From contig NC_022349.1 of NCBI RefSeq assembly GCF_000354175.2, forward strand, positions 270,001 to 302,000: a stretch of DNA of 32,000 nucleotides, read 5' to 3'. Position 1 is the first letter of the stretch; every line of letters begins with the position of its first letter. A program made the translations under genes and the position numbers. This document shows positions 8,967 to 17,501 of this stretch, in pieces. The notes beneath the pieces are model-generated. The model was given only the letters and a program-made list of their open reading frames with translations, was not told the DNA's origin and did no database searches. The DNA comes from Vibrio alginolyticus NBRC 15630 = ATCC 17749. Its GTDB lineage: Bacteria; Pseudomonadota; Gammaproteobacteria; Enterobacterales; Vibrionaceae.

Positions 8967-9392
8967 TTAGTTGTTTTGCGGCTTTAACGCTTTGTTAAAG
9001 CTGCGACCTTTGATCTCAAGCATTTCCAGCGTGGCGGCGTCGTACTCAACTTTCAGGACGCTATTGTTGTACAGAATTTTCAATTCATACACCCAAGCAT
9101 CATCATCTTCTTCAAGCTCGACCTTGATGATGCGGCCGTATAGGTCGTTTTCTACTGCGGCGTAAAGTTCCGAAAATGGTCGTATATATCCTTGTTGAAC
9201 CGCGCGATAGACCTCATCTTGATCTTCATCGAATTCGATGCGTGTTCCTGGCTTTTCGACATCTTGCACGATGGCGTGGCCATTTTGTGATGTGTACTCG
9301 TTGCCATGCTTGGCAAAACTTGGTGCACACATGAATGTCGTGATAAGGCCGAAAAGTAACGCAGAATGTAGAGAAGTCGTTGCTTTATACAT
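8967..9392 (-). CDS. Secreted PepSY-domain protein, first gene of the PepSY-RR-HK operon
   Basis: The track starts at a TTG (9398). The ATG at 9392 gives MYKATTSLHSALLFGLITTFMCAPSFA|KHG, a signal peptide. The C-terminal half (IIKVELEEDDDAWVYELKILYNNSVLKVEYDAATLEML) looks like a PepSY fold. Confidence 0.75.
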   Translation of the reverse strand: MYKATTSLHSALLFGLITTFMCAPSFAKHGNEYTSQNGHAIVQDVEKPGTRIEFDEDQDEVYRAVQQGYIRPFSELYAAVENDLYGRIIKVELEEDDDAWVYELKILYNNSVLKVEYDAATLEMLEIKGRSFNKALKPQNN

Positions 9393-9487
9393 AGTCAAAC
9401 CTTTTCTGGAGCGTTAGCCGCAGTATATCGGATATAGATGAACAGAGAGTGAATCAGCTAATTGAGTTTTGCCATGTGTTGTCGATG

Positions 9488-11237
9488 TTATTTCAACTCA
9501 TCTTCAAAAATCTTATCCCGCAGCTTCCAAAAGCGACCAGATTTTCTAGCAATAACAAACTGAGGCAAACGGAAACGATGTTGATTAGCTACAACGCGTG
9601 TCGGTGAAGCCTCTTCAAAAGGGCGATGCTTGTCTGCTAAGTGGGGGCGTACGAACTGATCTTTAAACGTTTGTTTTGTTTTTGGTACTCAATGACCAAA
9701 ACTCATGAACTAACGCATTGCCTTCGCCTTGGTATGGTTCACCAGAATACGTCACCTTTAGCTGAGATTTACCATCACTGGACTTAAATACAGATAGGTC
9801 CATTTCTGTGCATTCAAAGATTAATGCATCTTTGAGATTAAGGGCTTCTTTTAGCTTTTTATCTGGGTCAACGAGCGTCGCGTCACACTCATGACAAATT
9901 CGTGCAGCAATATCGTTGTCCGCACCACATTCACCACAGTATTTGGCACGAAAACGGTAGCCACAGTGTTCACGTTCGCCTGTGTCTTCATCTTCAAAGT
10001 AACCTTGGCAACGTCTGCCAAAGTGTTCAACCAAGAAACCGTTACTATCCAACTTACCCCAGAAGTTGTTATTGAATCCGCAAGCCGGGCAAGGAATCGT
10101 GATAATTTCACTGTCAGAGTCTGGTTTGGGATCACCGACTTCTGGTTGGTATAAATCGTAGCTGTTGCCTGCGTAATCAAGCACTAAACATTCTGATTTT
10201 CCGTCTGATAAGCGTAATCCTCGTCCTACTATCTGTTGGTACAGACTGACTGACTCTGTTGGTCGCAAAATCGCGATTAAATCGACATGCGGCGCATCAA
10301 ACCCGGTTGTCAGTACCGAAACATTGACTAAGTATTTTATTTGACGATTCTTGAACGCTTGGATGATCGCATCGCGCTCCGGCGTAGGTGTATCACCAAT
10401 GACGATTTCAGTTTCGCCTTCTGGCAATAAACTGTGTATCTCTTGTGCGTGTCGAACAGTTGCAGCGAAGATCATGACACCTTGACGCTCTTTCGCATAT
10501 TGCATGATTTGCTCAACAATTTGCGGAGTCGCACGTTTGGCTTTATCGATCACCATGTCCATTTCTGCTTCTTTGTAGCGTCCGGTGTTAGCGGGCTTCA
10601 GCTGAGAGAAGTCGTAAGACAAAACGGGGGCATCCATCATGCGGGCTGGAGTGAGGAAGTTTTCGTCGAGCAAGTAACGGATCGGCAGTTCGAAAATACA
10701 ATCGCGGAAGAATCGAGGCTCTTCGGTTCGCACTTGACCTCGGGTGTGATACTGATAAATCCAGCCCATTCCTAAACGATAGGGCGTTGCAGTTAGTCCC
10801 AGCACCTTAATGCCAGGGTTCAGTTCTCGTAAGTGAGTAATAACTTTTTGGTAGCTGCTGTTTTTGTCATCTGGCACACGATGGCACTCATCAATAACGA
10901 GCAGAGAAAACTGGTTTTTGAACGAATCTAAGTTACGTACGACCGATTGAACCGAAGCAAACACGACTTGCTGGTCAGTTTCTTTTCGTCCCAATCCTGC
11001 TGAGAAGATAGAACCTTTTAAACCATAACCTTCATACTTTGCGTGGTTTTGCTCGACCAGTTCTTTTACGTGGGCGAGGACTAACACTCGTCCTTTCGCA
11101 AGGCGAGCAAGTTCTGCGATCACCAAGCTTTTTCCTGCACCGGTTGGCAGCACGATCACTGCTGGTGTCGAGTGTTTACGAAAGTAATGAATAACGGCTT
11201 TAACCGAGTCGGCTTGATAAGGACGAAGTGTGTACAT
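9488..11237 (-). pseudogene. radD: RadD (YejH) SF2 DNA-repair helicase with its reading frame interrupted about 60 codons before the expected end
   Basis: The 524-codon ORF 11237->9663 carries PTGAGKS (Walker A), VIDECH (DExH) and zinc-ribbon cysteines (CPACG...CGECG...CHEC). The +1 frame continues open from 9688 to a TAA at 9490-9488, for 66 sense codons. The joined length would be about 585 aa, against 586 aa for E. coli RadD. Position next to rsuA and rplY matches E. coli. Confidence 0.75.
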
Positions 11238-11293
11238 GAAAATATGTGAAATTGCTCAACTATTCGAACGAGGAACGCTATAATACCTGACTT

Positions 11294-11343
11294 TTATACC
11301 CAAGTGACCTTTAAACCAAGATTTAGAGATCACTTGGGTATAA
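11294..11343. repeat. 14-bp perfect inverted repeat in the radD/rsuA divergent promoter region
   Basis: TTATACCCAAGTGA (11294-11307) pairs with TCACTTGGGTATAA (11330-11343), with a 22-nt spacer. Each outward-facing copy ends in a TATAA(T/A) -10-like hexamer. Confidence 0.6.
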
Positions 11344-11358
11344 TTCAATGAGGTATTC

Positions 11359-12060
11359 ATGCGTTTAGATAAATATTTGTGTGACGCTCTGGGTGCAACA
11401 CGCAAACAGGCAACAAAGATCATCAAAAGTGGAGACATCACCGTTGACGGTGAGGTTCAAAAAAGTGGTGCATTTAAAGTACCTAAAGGTGCGGAAGTGA
11501 TGTGGGAAGACCGTGTTATTGGTGCTCCTGGTCCTCGTTACATTATGTTGTATAAGCCTGCTGACTTTGTTTGTTCACATGAAGATGGCTACAACCAAAC
11601 TGCATTCGCATTGCTTGATGAGCCTAAAATTGAAAACCTTCACTTTGCGGGCCGATTAGATGTCGACACAACTGGTTTAGTATTGATTACGGATGATGGT
11701 AAGTGGTCTCATCGTATTACCTCACCTAAGCATAAGTGTGAGAAAACGTACCGTGTTTGGCTCGTCGATGCTATTCAGCCAGATTACGAGGAAAAGCTCG
11801 AACAAGGCATCATTTTGCGCAATGAATCAGAAGCAACATTGCCTGCTCGTTTGGAAATCGTGAACGAGGCTGAGAATGAAGTATTGTTAACTATCGTGGA
11901 AGGTAAGTATCACCAAGTGAAACGTATGTTCGCGGCGTTAGGAAATAAAGTTGAGTACTTACATCGTGAGCGTATTGGTTCTATCGAACTTGATGAGGCA
12001 CTAGAACCAGGTGATTATCGCTACCTCACGCAAGAAGAAATTGATTCTATTTGGAATTAA
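11359..12060 (+). CDS. rsuA: 16S rRNA pseudouridine(516) synthase
   Basis: 233 aa. S4 domain at the N-terminus (MRLDKYL...). Catalytic GRLDVDTTGLVLITDDG motif. Divergent from radD and upstream of bcr, as in E. coli. Confidence 0.9.
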   Translation: MRLDKYLCDALGATRKQATKIIKSGDITVDGEVQKSGAFKVPKGAEVMWEDRVIGAPGPRYIMLYKPADFVCSHEDGYNQTAFALLDEPKIENLHFAGRLDVDTTGLVLITDDGKWSHRITSPKHKCEKTYRVWLVDAIQPDYEEKLEQGIILRNESEATLPARLEIVNEAENEVLLTIVEGKYHQVKRMFAALGNKVEYLHRERIGSIELDEALEPGDYRYLTQEEIDSIWN

Positions 12061-12081
12061 TTGTCGGCATGGGAAATTCTT

Positions 12082-12100
12082 TAGTTCCTAATAGGAACTA
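12082..12100 (+). terminator. Short hairpin downstream of rsuA (weak terminator candidate)
   Basis: TAGTTCCT-AAT-AGGAACTA, followed after 3 nt by TTTT. Confidence 0.4.
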
Positions 12101-12103
12101 GCC

Positions 12104-12144
12104 TTTTGGTAGGAATTGGCTCAAAATAAATTTTCCTACCAAAA
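12104..12144. repeat. 12-bp perfect inverted repeat TTTTGGTAGGAA / TTCCTACCAAAA
   Basis: Arms at 12104-12115 and 12133-12144, with a 17-nt loop. It shares the TAGGAA/TTCCTA hexamer with the neighbouring hairpin, so the hexamer occurs four times in 60 nt. Confidence 0.5.
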
Positions 12145-12179
12145 TTAGTGCCTAGACAATTCCGGTGTGCTTACTCATC

Positions 12180-12485
12180 TCAGTGATATGCCTTTGCATT
12201 TAGCTGATGCATGCATACTCTTATTGCAAAGCCTTCGGCTACGGTGAATGGAATGATGGTGTCAACGCCATCATTTTTACTGCATTGTGTTTGTTTCCCA
12301 TAAACACATTTCGCTTTCACATGCTTTTCTATGTCGAGTTCGTCAAGGTCACACCTTGGTACATATTTGCCCTTATGATTCTCGAACGTTGGATAGAACA
12401 GGTTTTTGGCTTCTACATTCAGCGATATGAGAACTTCCGTTATTTTCACTTTGTTCTGCAAGTATTGACGGTAGGGCTCCAACAA
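12180..12485 (-). CDS. Hypothetical small protein (doubtful)
   Basis: 101-codon ORF with a soluble-protein-like composition (K/E/D rich, 5 Cys). It has a TTG start, no SD, and ends 12 nt from the bcr ATG. The opposite strand (12207..12500) is also open but is F/Y/W-rich, like an antisense shadow. The segment is AT-rich. Confidence 0.3.
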   Translation of the reverse strand: MLEPYRQYLQNKVKITEVLISLNVEAKNLFYPTFENHKGKYVPRCDLDELDIEKHVKAKCVYGKQTQCSKNDGVDTIIPFTVAEGFAIRVCMHQLNAKAYH

Positions 12486-12496
12486 GAGGTAAAAGA

Positions 12497-13699
12497 ATGA
12501 CAGAAAAAGCTCAAAGTGCTCCGCAATCCCAAATCAGTTTTCTATTGTTTCTGGTACTAGGAGCGATTGGTGCTTTGACGCCTTTGGCGATCGATATGTA
12601 TTTGCCTGCGATGCCGACAATAGCGAAAGATTTGGGGGTCGCGCCTGGCGCGGTTCAGATTACGTTGACGGCTTATACCGCGGGTTTTGCGATCGGCCAG
12701 TTAATTCACGGGCCGCTTGCCGATAGCTTTGGTCGCAGACCTGTGTTGATTTTAGGCGTACTTTTCTTCGGCTTGGCTGCTGTTGTGAGTGCGACAACAA
12801 ATGGCATTGATGCGCTGACCTATGTACGTACGGCACAAGGTTTTGCTGGCGCGGCAGCGGCGGTCATTATCCAAGCCGTCGTGCGTGACATGTTTGACCG
12901 TGAAGACTTTGCACGCGCAATGTCCTTCGTTACTCTGGTCATTACTATTGCGCCGTTGGTGGCACCGATGATCGGTGGCCATCTCGCGATTTGGTTTGGT
13001 TGGCGTTCCATTTTTTGGGTACTAGCTATTTTCGCTGTAGTTGTGATTTTTCTCGTACTTTGGAAAATCCCTGAAACGTTACAGCCTGAAAATCGTCAGC
13101 CTCTTCGTTTCCGCACGACGCTGAGAAACTACGCCAGATTATGCTCCAATCCTGAAGCGATCGGTTTGATGCTCTCAGGTGCGTTTTCATTTTCCGGAAT
13201 GTTTGCATTTTTGACGGCGGGTTCGTTTGTTTATATTGATTTATATGGTGTTCGACCAGACCACTTTGGTTACCTATTTGGTTTGAACATTGTGGCGATG
13301 ATCATCATGACCAGTATTAATGGTCGCTTGGTGAAGAAAGTGGGTTCCCATGCCATGCTTCGTTTTGGGTTGTTCGTGCAACTTTTGGCGGGGATTGGTT
13401 TATTCGTAAGTTGGTTAATGGACTTCGGATTATGGGGCATTGTGCCTTTTGTTGTGCTGTTTATCGGTACATTGTCGACGATAGGTAGTAACGCGATGGC
13501 GCTGCTTTTAAGTGGTTACCCATCAATGGCGGGTACGGCGTCGTCTCTAGCGGGGACATTAAGATTCGGTATCGGTTCATTGGTTGGTGCGCTGGTGGCA
13601 TCACTGCCCGGGAATGTTGCTTGGCCGATGATCATCGTGATGTTTGCTTGTTCTGTGCTTTCAGCACTGTTTTATTGGACTTTAGGAAGAAAGGCGTAA
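12497..13699 (+). CDS. bcr: Bcr/CflA-family MFS multidrug efflux transporter
   Basis: 400 aa with 12 predicted TM segments. MFS motif A reads GPLADSFGRRPVL. Position next to rsuA matches E. coli bcr. GAGG RBS 7 nt upstream. Confidence 0.85.
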   Translation: MTEKAQSAPQSQISFLLFLVLGAIGALTPLAIDMYLPAMPTIAKDLGVAPGAVQITLTAYTAGFAIGQLIHGPLADSFGRRPVLILGVLFFGLAAVVSATTNGIDALTYVRTAQGFAGAAAAVIIQAVVRDMFDREDFARAMSFVTLVITIAPLVAPMIGGHLAIWFGWRSIFWVLAIFAVVVIFLVLWKIPETLQPENRQPLRFRTTLRNYARLCSNPEAIGLMLSGAFSFSGMFAFLTAGSFVYIDLYGVRPDHFGYLFGLNIVAMIIMTSINGRLVKKVGSHAMLRFGLFVQLLAGIGLFVSWLMDFGLWGIVPFVVLFIGTLSTIGSNAMALLLSGYPSMAGTASSLAGTLRFGIGSLVGALVASLPGNVAWPMIIVMFACSVLSALFYWTLGRKA

Positions 13700-14361
13700 T
13701 GTCGAATTACACCAAAGAAATTCAAAACTTGGTTAACTCAGCACTTGAAGAGTTAGATCAAGAGCATCGCTCAGGTAAGTTAGCCAATGCCCCTGTTGCG
13801 AATAACCATTATTTAGTGCGTTGGGTAACAAAGGCGCTAAAATCACAACGTTTCGGACGTACGGTAGGCGATGACTTAACGCGTTGGCAAAAAGCAGGTC
13901 GCTCAAAGGGGAACGATGCTGGTTTGTTGTTTATCTTTAAACGTATTTCTTCTTTTTATGCGCAATTCTTCCCTGAAGGTGAAGACTCCAAAGTGTTCAA
14001 AGATTCAGATATTGAGTCTTTTCTTGATTTGATGGAGCAAGCAGGCTGGGAAGTCTCAACATCTGAGCAACTGATTGGGTGCGGCAAAGTACAAATCTTC
14101 ACTGAAGGTCAAAACTCTTTAGCGTTATGTGCAGACCAATGCGAAAGCTGTTTTGATGGCGAGTTGCTCGTAAAGCCAATGAGTTGGTTTGTGCGTGGCA
14201 ATCATGCTGAGTTTGTTGAGAAAGCAGCGCAAGCGGGCTTTATGGTTCATAAGGTAACAGACTACAAATCGATGGTGAAATACCATGGCGAGTACCTTAT
14301 TTTTCCAGCAAACGAAGGCAACCAGTTAGCCGAAATTCCACTCTCGTTCAAAGCTGACTAA
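13699..14361 (+). CDS. Conserved hypothetical cytoplasmic protein (220 aa), translationally coupled to bcr
   Basis: The track ORF begins at 13621 inside bcr. The ATG at 13699 overlaps the bcr stop (TAATG) and gives MSNYTKEIQNLVNSALEELDQEH.... No TM segments and no motif I can name. DUF2913-like is only a guess. Confidence 0.65.
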   Translation: MSNYTKEIQNLVNSALEELDQEHRSGKLANAPVANNHYLVRWVTKALKSQRFGRTVGDDLTRWQKAGRSKGNDAGLLFIFKRISSFYAQFFPEGEDSKVFKDSDIESFLDLMEQAGWEVSTSEQLIGCGKVQIFTEGQNSLALCADQCESCFDGELLVKPMSWFVRGNHAEFVEKAAQAGFMVHKVTDYKSMVKYHGEYLIFPANEGNQLAEIPLSFKAD

Positions 14362-14382
14362 AGTGACATTTTGAGTGTTTAG

Positions 14383-14406
14383 AAGCCCCTGTTATTGGGG
14401 CTTTTT
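14383..14406 (+). terminator. Rho-independent terminator of the bcr operon, overlapping the convergent gene's stop codon
   Basis: AAGCCCC-TGTTATT-GGGGCTT followed by TTTGTTTT. The right arm also encodes the last codons (KPQ*) of the minus-strand SDR gene. Confidence 0.7.
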
Positions 14407-15843
14407 GTTTTCTAAACGGTTTGCTTCTTTCGCGATGGCTTTGACCATGCCTTTAAATATGAAAAGATGGGCTGGCATCATTGCAAACCAATAAAGCAGC
14501 CCAAGAAACCCTTGCGGGTGCCACCAGGCGGTAATATCCAGCTCTCGTTCGTCACCGAGATCTTTGATGGTAATTTCTAAACGCCCAAGGCCTGGGCCTT
14601 TCATACCAAAAAACAGTGAAAGAAACTGATTATTATCGCAGCGAATCACTTTCCAAGAGTCAATAAAATCACCGACTTTAAGCTCTGGTCCAGGAGGAGA
14701 AACGCGAATCGGTTTTCCGCCACCAAAAAAGATATCGAGCCATTCACGTGTACGCCACAAGATGTTGGCAAAGTAATAGCCTTTTTCGCGACTCCCGATC
14801 TTTTGCGCCACTTTCCATAATGCCGCAGCGGAGGCATGAGTTTTAATGCTCGCTCCAGCTTGTTTTGGGTAATAACCATATCCTGGTTGCCATCGACGAA
14901 GCGCTGCGGGTTCAAACCCCCAGACATTACTGCGTACAAATGTGCCTTCATCTTGAATGGTATCAGTTACCGCTTGCTCGTAGCTGATCAGCGTTTGAGG
15001 AAATCGTTCTTCAATCGCTTTGGAGTTTGCAATGTAGTCGTGCTCTAAGCCAGCAAGTAATGCTTTACCGATACTAGTTGGCACTGAGGTAACTAAACCT
15101 AGCCAGTACGATGCCATTTTCGGAGTAAGTAGCGGGGTCGACCACAGTCGATACGGCTTGTTCGTGATTCGGCAAATGACTTTGAACTGTTCGCGGTAGC
15201 TAAGTGTATCTGGCCCACCAACTTCATAAATTTGACTTTCTTCTGGAGAGGGAGCTTCTGCTAACTTCAACAAATAGTGGTTGAGATTGGGCAAGGCAAT
15301 AGGGTTCGCTTTTGAGTCGACCCATTTAGGCGCGATCAAAATAGGTAAGTTGTAGACAAAGTCACGCATGATTTCGAAAGCGGCAGAGCCGGGGCCGATG
15401 ATAACGCCAGCACGCAATTCAGTTACTGGAACACCAGACTGTCGAATTATTTTTCCCGTGGCTTTACGAGCGGCTAAATGGCGAGAGTTTCCGGTTTGAG
15501 GTTGAATGGCACTCAAATATACAACATGCTCGACGGAGCTTTGTTCCAACGCATATTTGAAGTTCAAAGCAAGGTTTAGTTCGTACTCAACAAAGTCATC
15601 ACCTTGAGCCATCCCGTGCACGAGAAAAAAGACTAAATCAAAATCGTTCACTACAGCCTTCGTGGTCTCTGCGTCAGCCAAGTCGAGATACCTTAACGTT
15701 AAATTAGGGTGAGGCTGAGTTCTTGACTCTAAATAATCAATATGTCGCGCCGCTGCTGTGACGGCGTAACCTTTATCTAAAAGTAACGGAAGAAGTTGAG
15801 AGCCAATGTAACCCGAGGCGCCTAGCACCAACACCTTTTTCAT
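14392..15843 (-). CDS. NAD(P)-binding SDR/NmrA-like oxidoreductase fused to a DUF2867-like C-terminal domain
   Basis: The track start (15879) is over-extended. The ATG at 15843 is preceded by AAGGA and gives MKKVLVLGASGYIGSQLL (Rossmann GxxGxxG). The C-terminal half of about 170 aa (WKVIRCDNNQFLSL...GRLEITI) resembles DUF2867. Confidence 0.8.
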   Translation of the reverse strand: MKKVLVLGASGYIGSQLLPLLLDKGYAVTAAARHIDYLESRTQPHPNLTLRYLDLADAETTKAVVNDFDLVFFLVHGMAQGDDFVEYELNLALNFKYALEQSSVEHVVYLSAIQPQTGNSRHLAARKATGKIIRQSGVPVTELRAGVIIGPGSAAFEIMRDFVYNLPILIAPKWVDSKANPIALPNLNHYLLKLAEAPSPEESQIYEVGGPDTLSYREQFKVICRITNKPYRLWSTPLLTPKMASYWLGLVTSVPTSIGKALLAGLEHDYIANSKAIEERFPQTLISYEQAVTDTIQDEGTFVRSNVWGFEPAALRRWQPGYGYYPKQAGASIKTHASAAALWKVAQKIGSREKGYYFANILWRTREWLDIFFGGGKPIRVSPPGPELKVGDFIDSWKVIRCDNNQFLSLFFGMKGPGLGRLEITIKDLGDERELDITAWWHPQGFLGLLYWFAMMPAHLFIFKGMVKAIAKEANRLENKKPQ

Positions 15844-15860
15844 TATCTGTCCTTTTATCG

Positions 15861-15889
15861 TTGGTGGAATAAACACCACAGAGTATAAT
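15861..15889 (+). promoter_or_regulatory. Sigma70-type promoter candidate for the MATE gene
   Basis: TTGGTG, a 17-nt spacer, then TATAAT (15884-15889). It lies 49 nt upstream of the GTG start. Confidence 0.5.
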
Positions 15890-15937
15890 CATGAGACACT
15901 TTCCCCATTCTATCAATAAGTTGTCGTTGGAGCGCTT

Positions 15938-17314
15938 GTGACTTTTCTTTCTCAACTCTCAATACACGCAGATAAAGCATTCTTACGTCGTTTATTTGCA
16001 ATCGCGTTACCAATTACACTGCAAAGCATGATGTTTTCTAGCCGAAGCCTCGTCGATGTTCTTATGCTTGGTCAGCTTGGTGAAGCAGAAATTGCCGCTG
16101 TTGGAGTTGCTGCGCGCGCGACTTTCGTCACCACCATCATGTTAGTTGGGGTGACAACGGGCGGTGCGTTGTTAACCGCTCAATATTGGGGGGCTGGCGA
16201 TAAAGTTGGGGTGCGTCGCAGTACCGCTTTGACATGGATGATCGCAATGATGTTTGCTGCGATTGCTGTTGCTTTGTTTGTTGTTTTTCCACAACTCATC
16301 ATGAGCTTGACTACCGATTCACAAGAAGTGATTGAATTAGGGGCCAGCTATCTCATTATTTCGTCGGTTAGCATGTTTGCTGTTGCATGTGTGGCCAGTA
16401 TGTCGGTGGGCCTAAGGGCGATGCACCAACCAGGCCTAAGCACTTTTTTTAGTGGTATAGGCATTTTATCTAATGTGTTTCTTAACTGGGTTTTAATTTT
16501 TGGTCAATTAGGCTTTCCTGCTCTGGGTATTACGGGAGCAGCGATCGCAACGGTAATCAGTGGCGCGATCGAAGTAGGTTGCTTGTTTGGTTATCTATGG
16601 TTGAAAAAACACATAATCGCATTTGGTTGGGATGATATACGCGCAGGATTGGTCTTAGATAAAATTACGCGTTTCTTGAGCCTCTCTTTGCCAACCACAT
16701 TTAACTTCTTGGCGTGGGCTGGTGGGCTGTTTGCTTATCACGCCATCATGGGGCAAGCAGGTGTACAAGGTTTGGCGGCACTTTCCGTAATGACACCTGT
16801 TGAGTCGATCGCATTGGCGATGATGATTGGTTTATCGAATGCGGCTGCAGTTCTAGTCGGGAACCAGCTCGGCGCTCGTAATTTTGAACCCGTTTATTAT
16901 CAAGCATGGGCTACGGTCATTTTGAATGTGCTTATCGCATTTGTGGTCGCCGTCTTGTTGATAGTGTCAAATCAATGGATCCTTAATGCGTTTAGTGCAC
17001 TGACAACAGACACTCGCGAGCTAGCTGAACAGTTTATGGTGATTCTTGCGTTGGGTGTCGTGCTACGCTCGGTGCCGATGATGGCGATTGTTGGTGTATT
17101 ACGTGCGGGCGGTGATGTTAAGTTTTGTTTGTATCAAGACATCTTGGCGCAGTGGGTGATCGGGATTCCACTCGCAGCATTTGCAGCGATTTATCTCAAT
17201 TGGGACCCACAATGGGTTTACTTACTCTTTTTGACGGAAGAAGTTGTGAAGTGGGCGATTTGCTTGCCAAGAATGGTTAGCCGAAAATGGATGAAAAACC
17301 TGATTGGCCAGTAA
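15938..17314 (+). CDS. MATE-family multidrug/sodium efflux transporter
   Basis: 458 aa with 12 TM segments. The N-terminus (LRRLFAIALPITLQSMMF) is typical of the MATE family. GTG start with GGAG 5 nt upstream. Confidence 0.85.
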   Translation: MTFLSQLSIHADKAFLRRLFAIALPITLQSMMFSSRSLVDVLMLGQLGEAEIAAVGVAARATFVTTIMLVGVTTGGALLTAQYWGAGDKVGVRRSTALTWMIAMMFAAIAVALFVVFPQLIMSLTTDSQEVIELGASYLIISSVSMFAVACVASMSVGLRAMHQPGLSTFFSGIGILSNVFLNWVLIFGQLGFPALGITGAAIATVISGAIEVGCLFGYLWLKKHIIAFGWDDIRAGLVLDKITRFLSLSLPTTFNFLAWAGGLFAYHAIMGQAGVQGLAALSVMTPVESIALAMMIGLSNAAAVLVGNQLGARNFEPVYYQAWATVILNVLIAFVVAVLLIVSNQWILNAFSALTTDTRELAEQFMVILALGVVLRSVPMMAIVGVLRAGGDVKFCLYQDILAQWVIGIPLAAFAAIYLNWDPQWVYLLFLTEEVVKWAICLPRMVSRKWMKNLIGQ

Positions 17315-17501
17315 GGAGGAACAGAGTTTATTTTGGCTGCAAAAATCTGCTCAAAACGTCAACAAAATTAGCAACAGAAAGTGAATCGAGTTGCATTTGT
17401 ACTTCCATAGTGTGATCAAGCATTCAAAATACTTTCTACTAACAGGATTTTAGTGTAGATTCTGATCCCAATTTTTAAACACCATCCGAGCGGCATAATC
17501 A

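Noticed and set aside
9851-10180. Many tracked ORFs lie inside, or antisense to, larger well-supported genes. Examples: 64..345, 1673..1957, 3976..4167, 4733..4984, 8246..8434, 8643..8930, 8971..9165, 9851..10180, 9891..10154, 10434..10775, 12752..13208, 14646..15048, 17416..17697, 17794..18000, 18254..19418, 20196..20447, 20990..21397, 22805..23074, 24296..24571, 25294..25742, 27177..27386, 29868..30095, 30406..30639, 30938..31120.
   Set aside because: Each overlaps a gene with recognisable motifs on the same or the opposite strand. They have skewed shadow-frame composition and no RBS, so I treat them as frame shadows.
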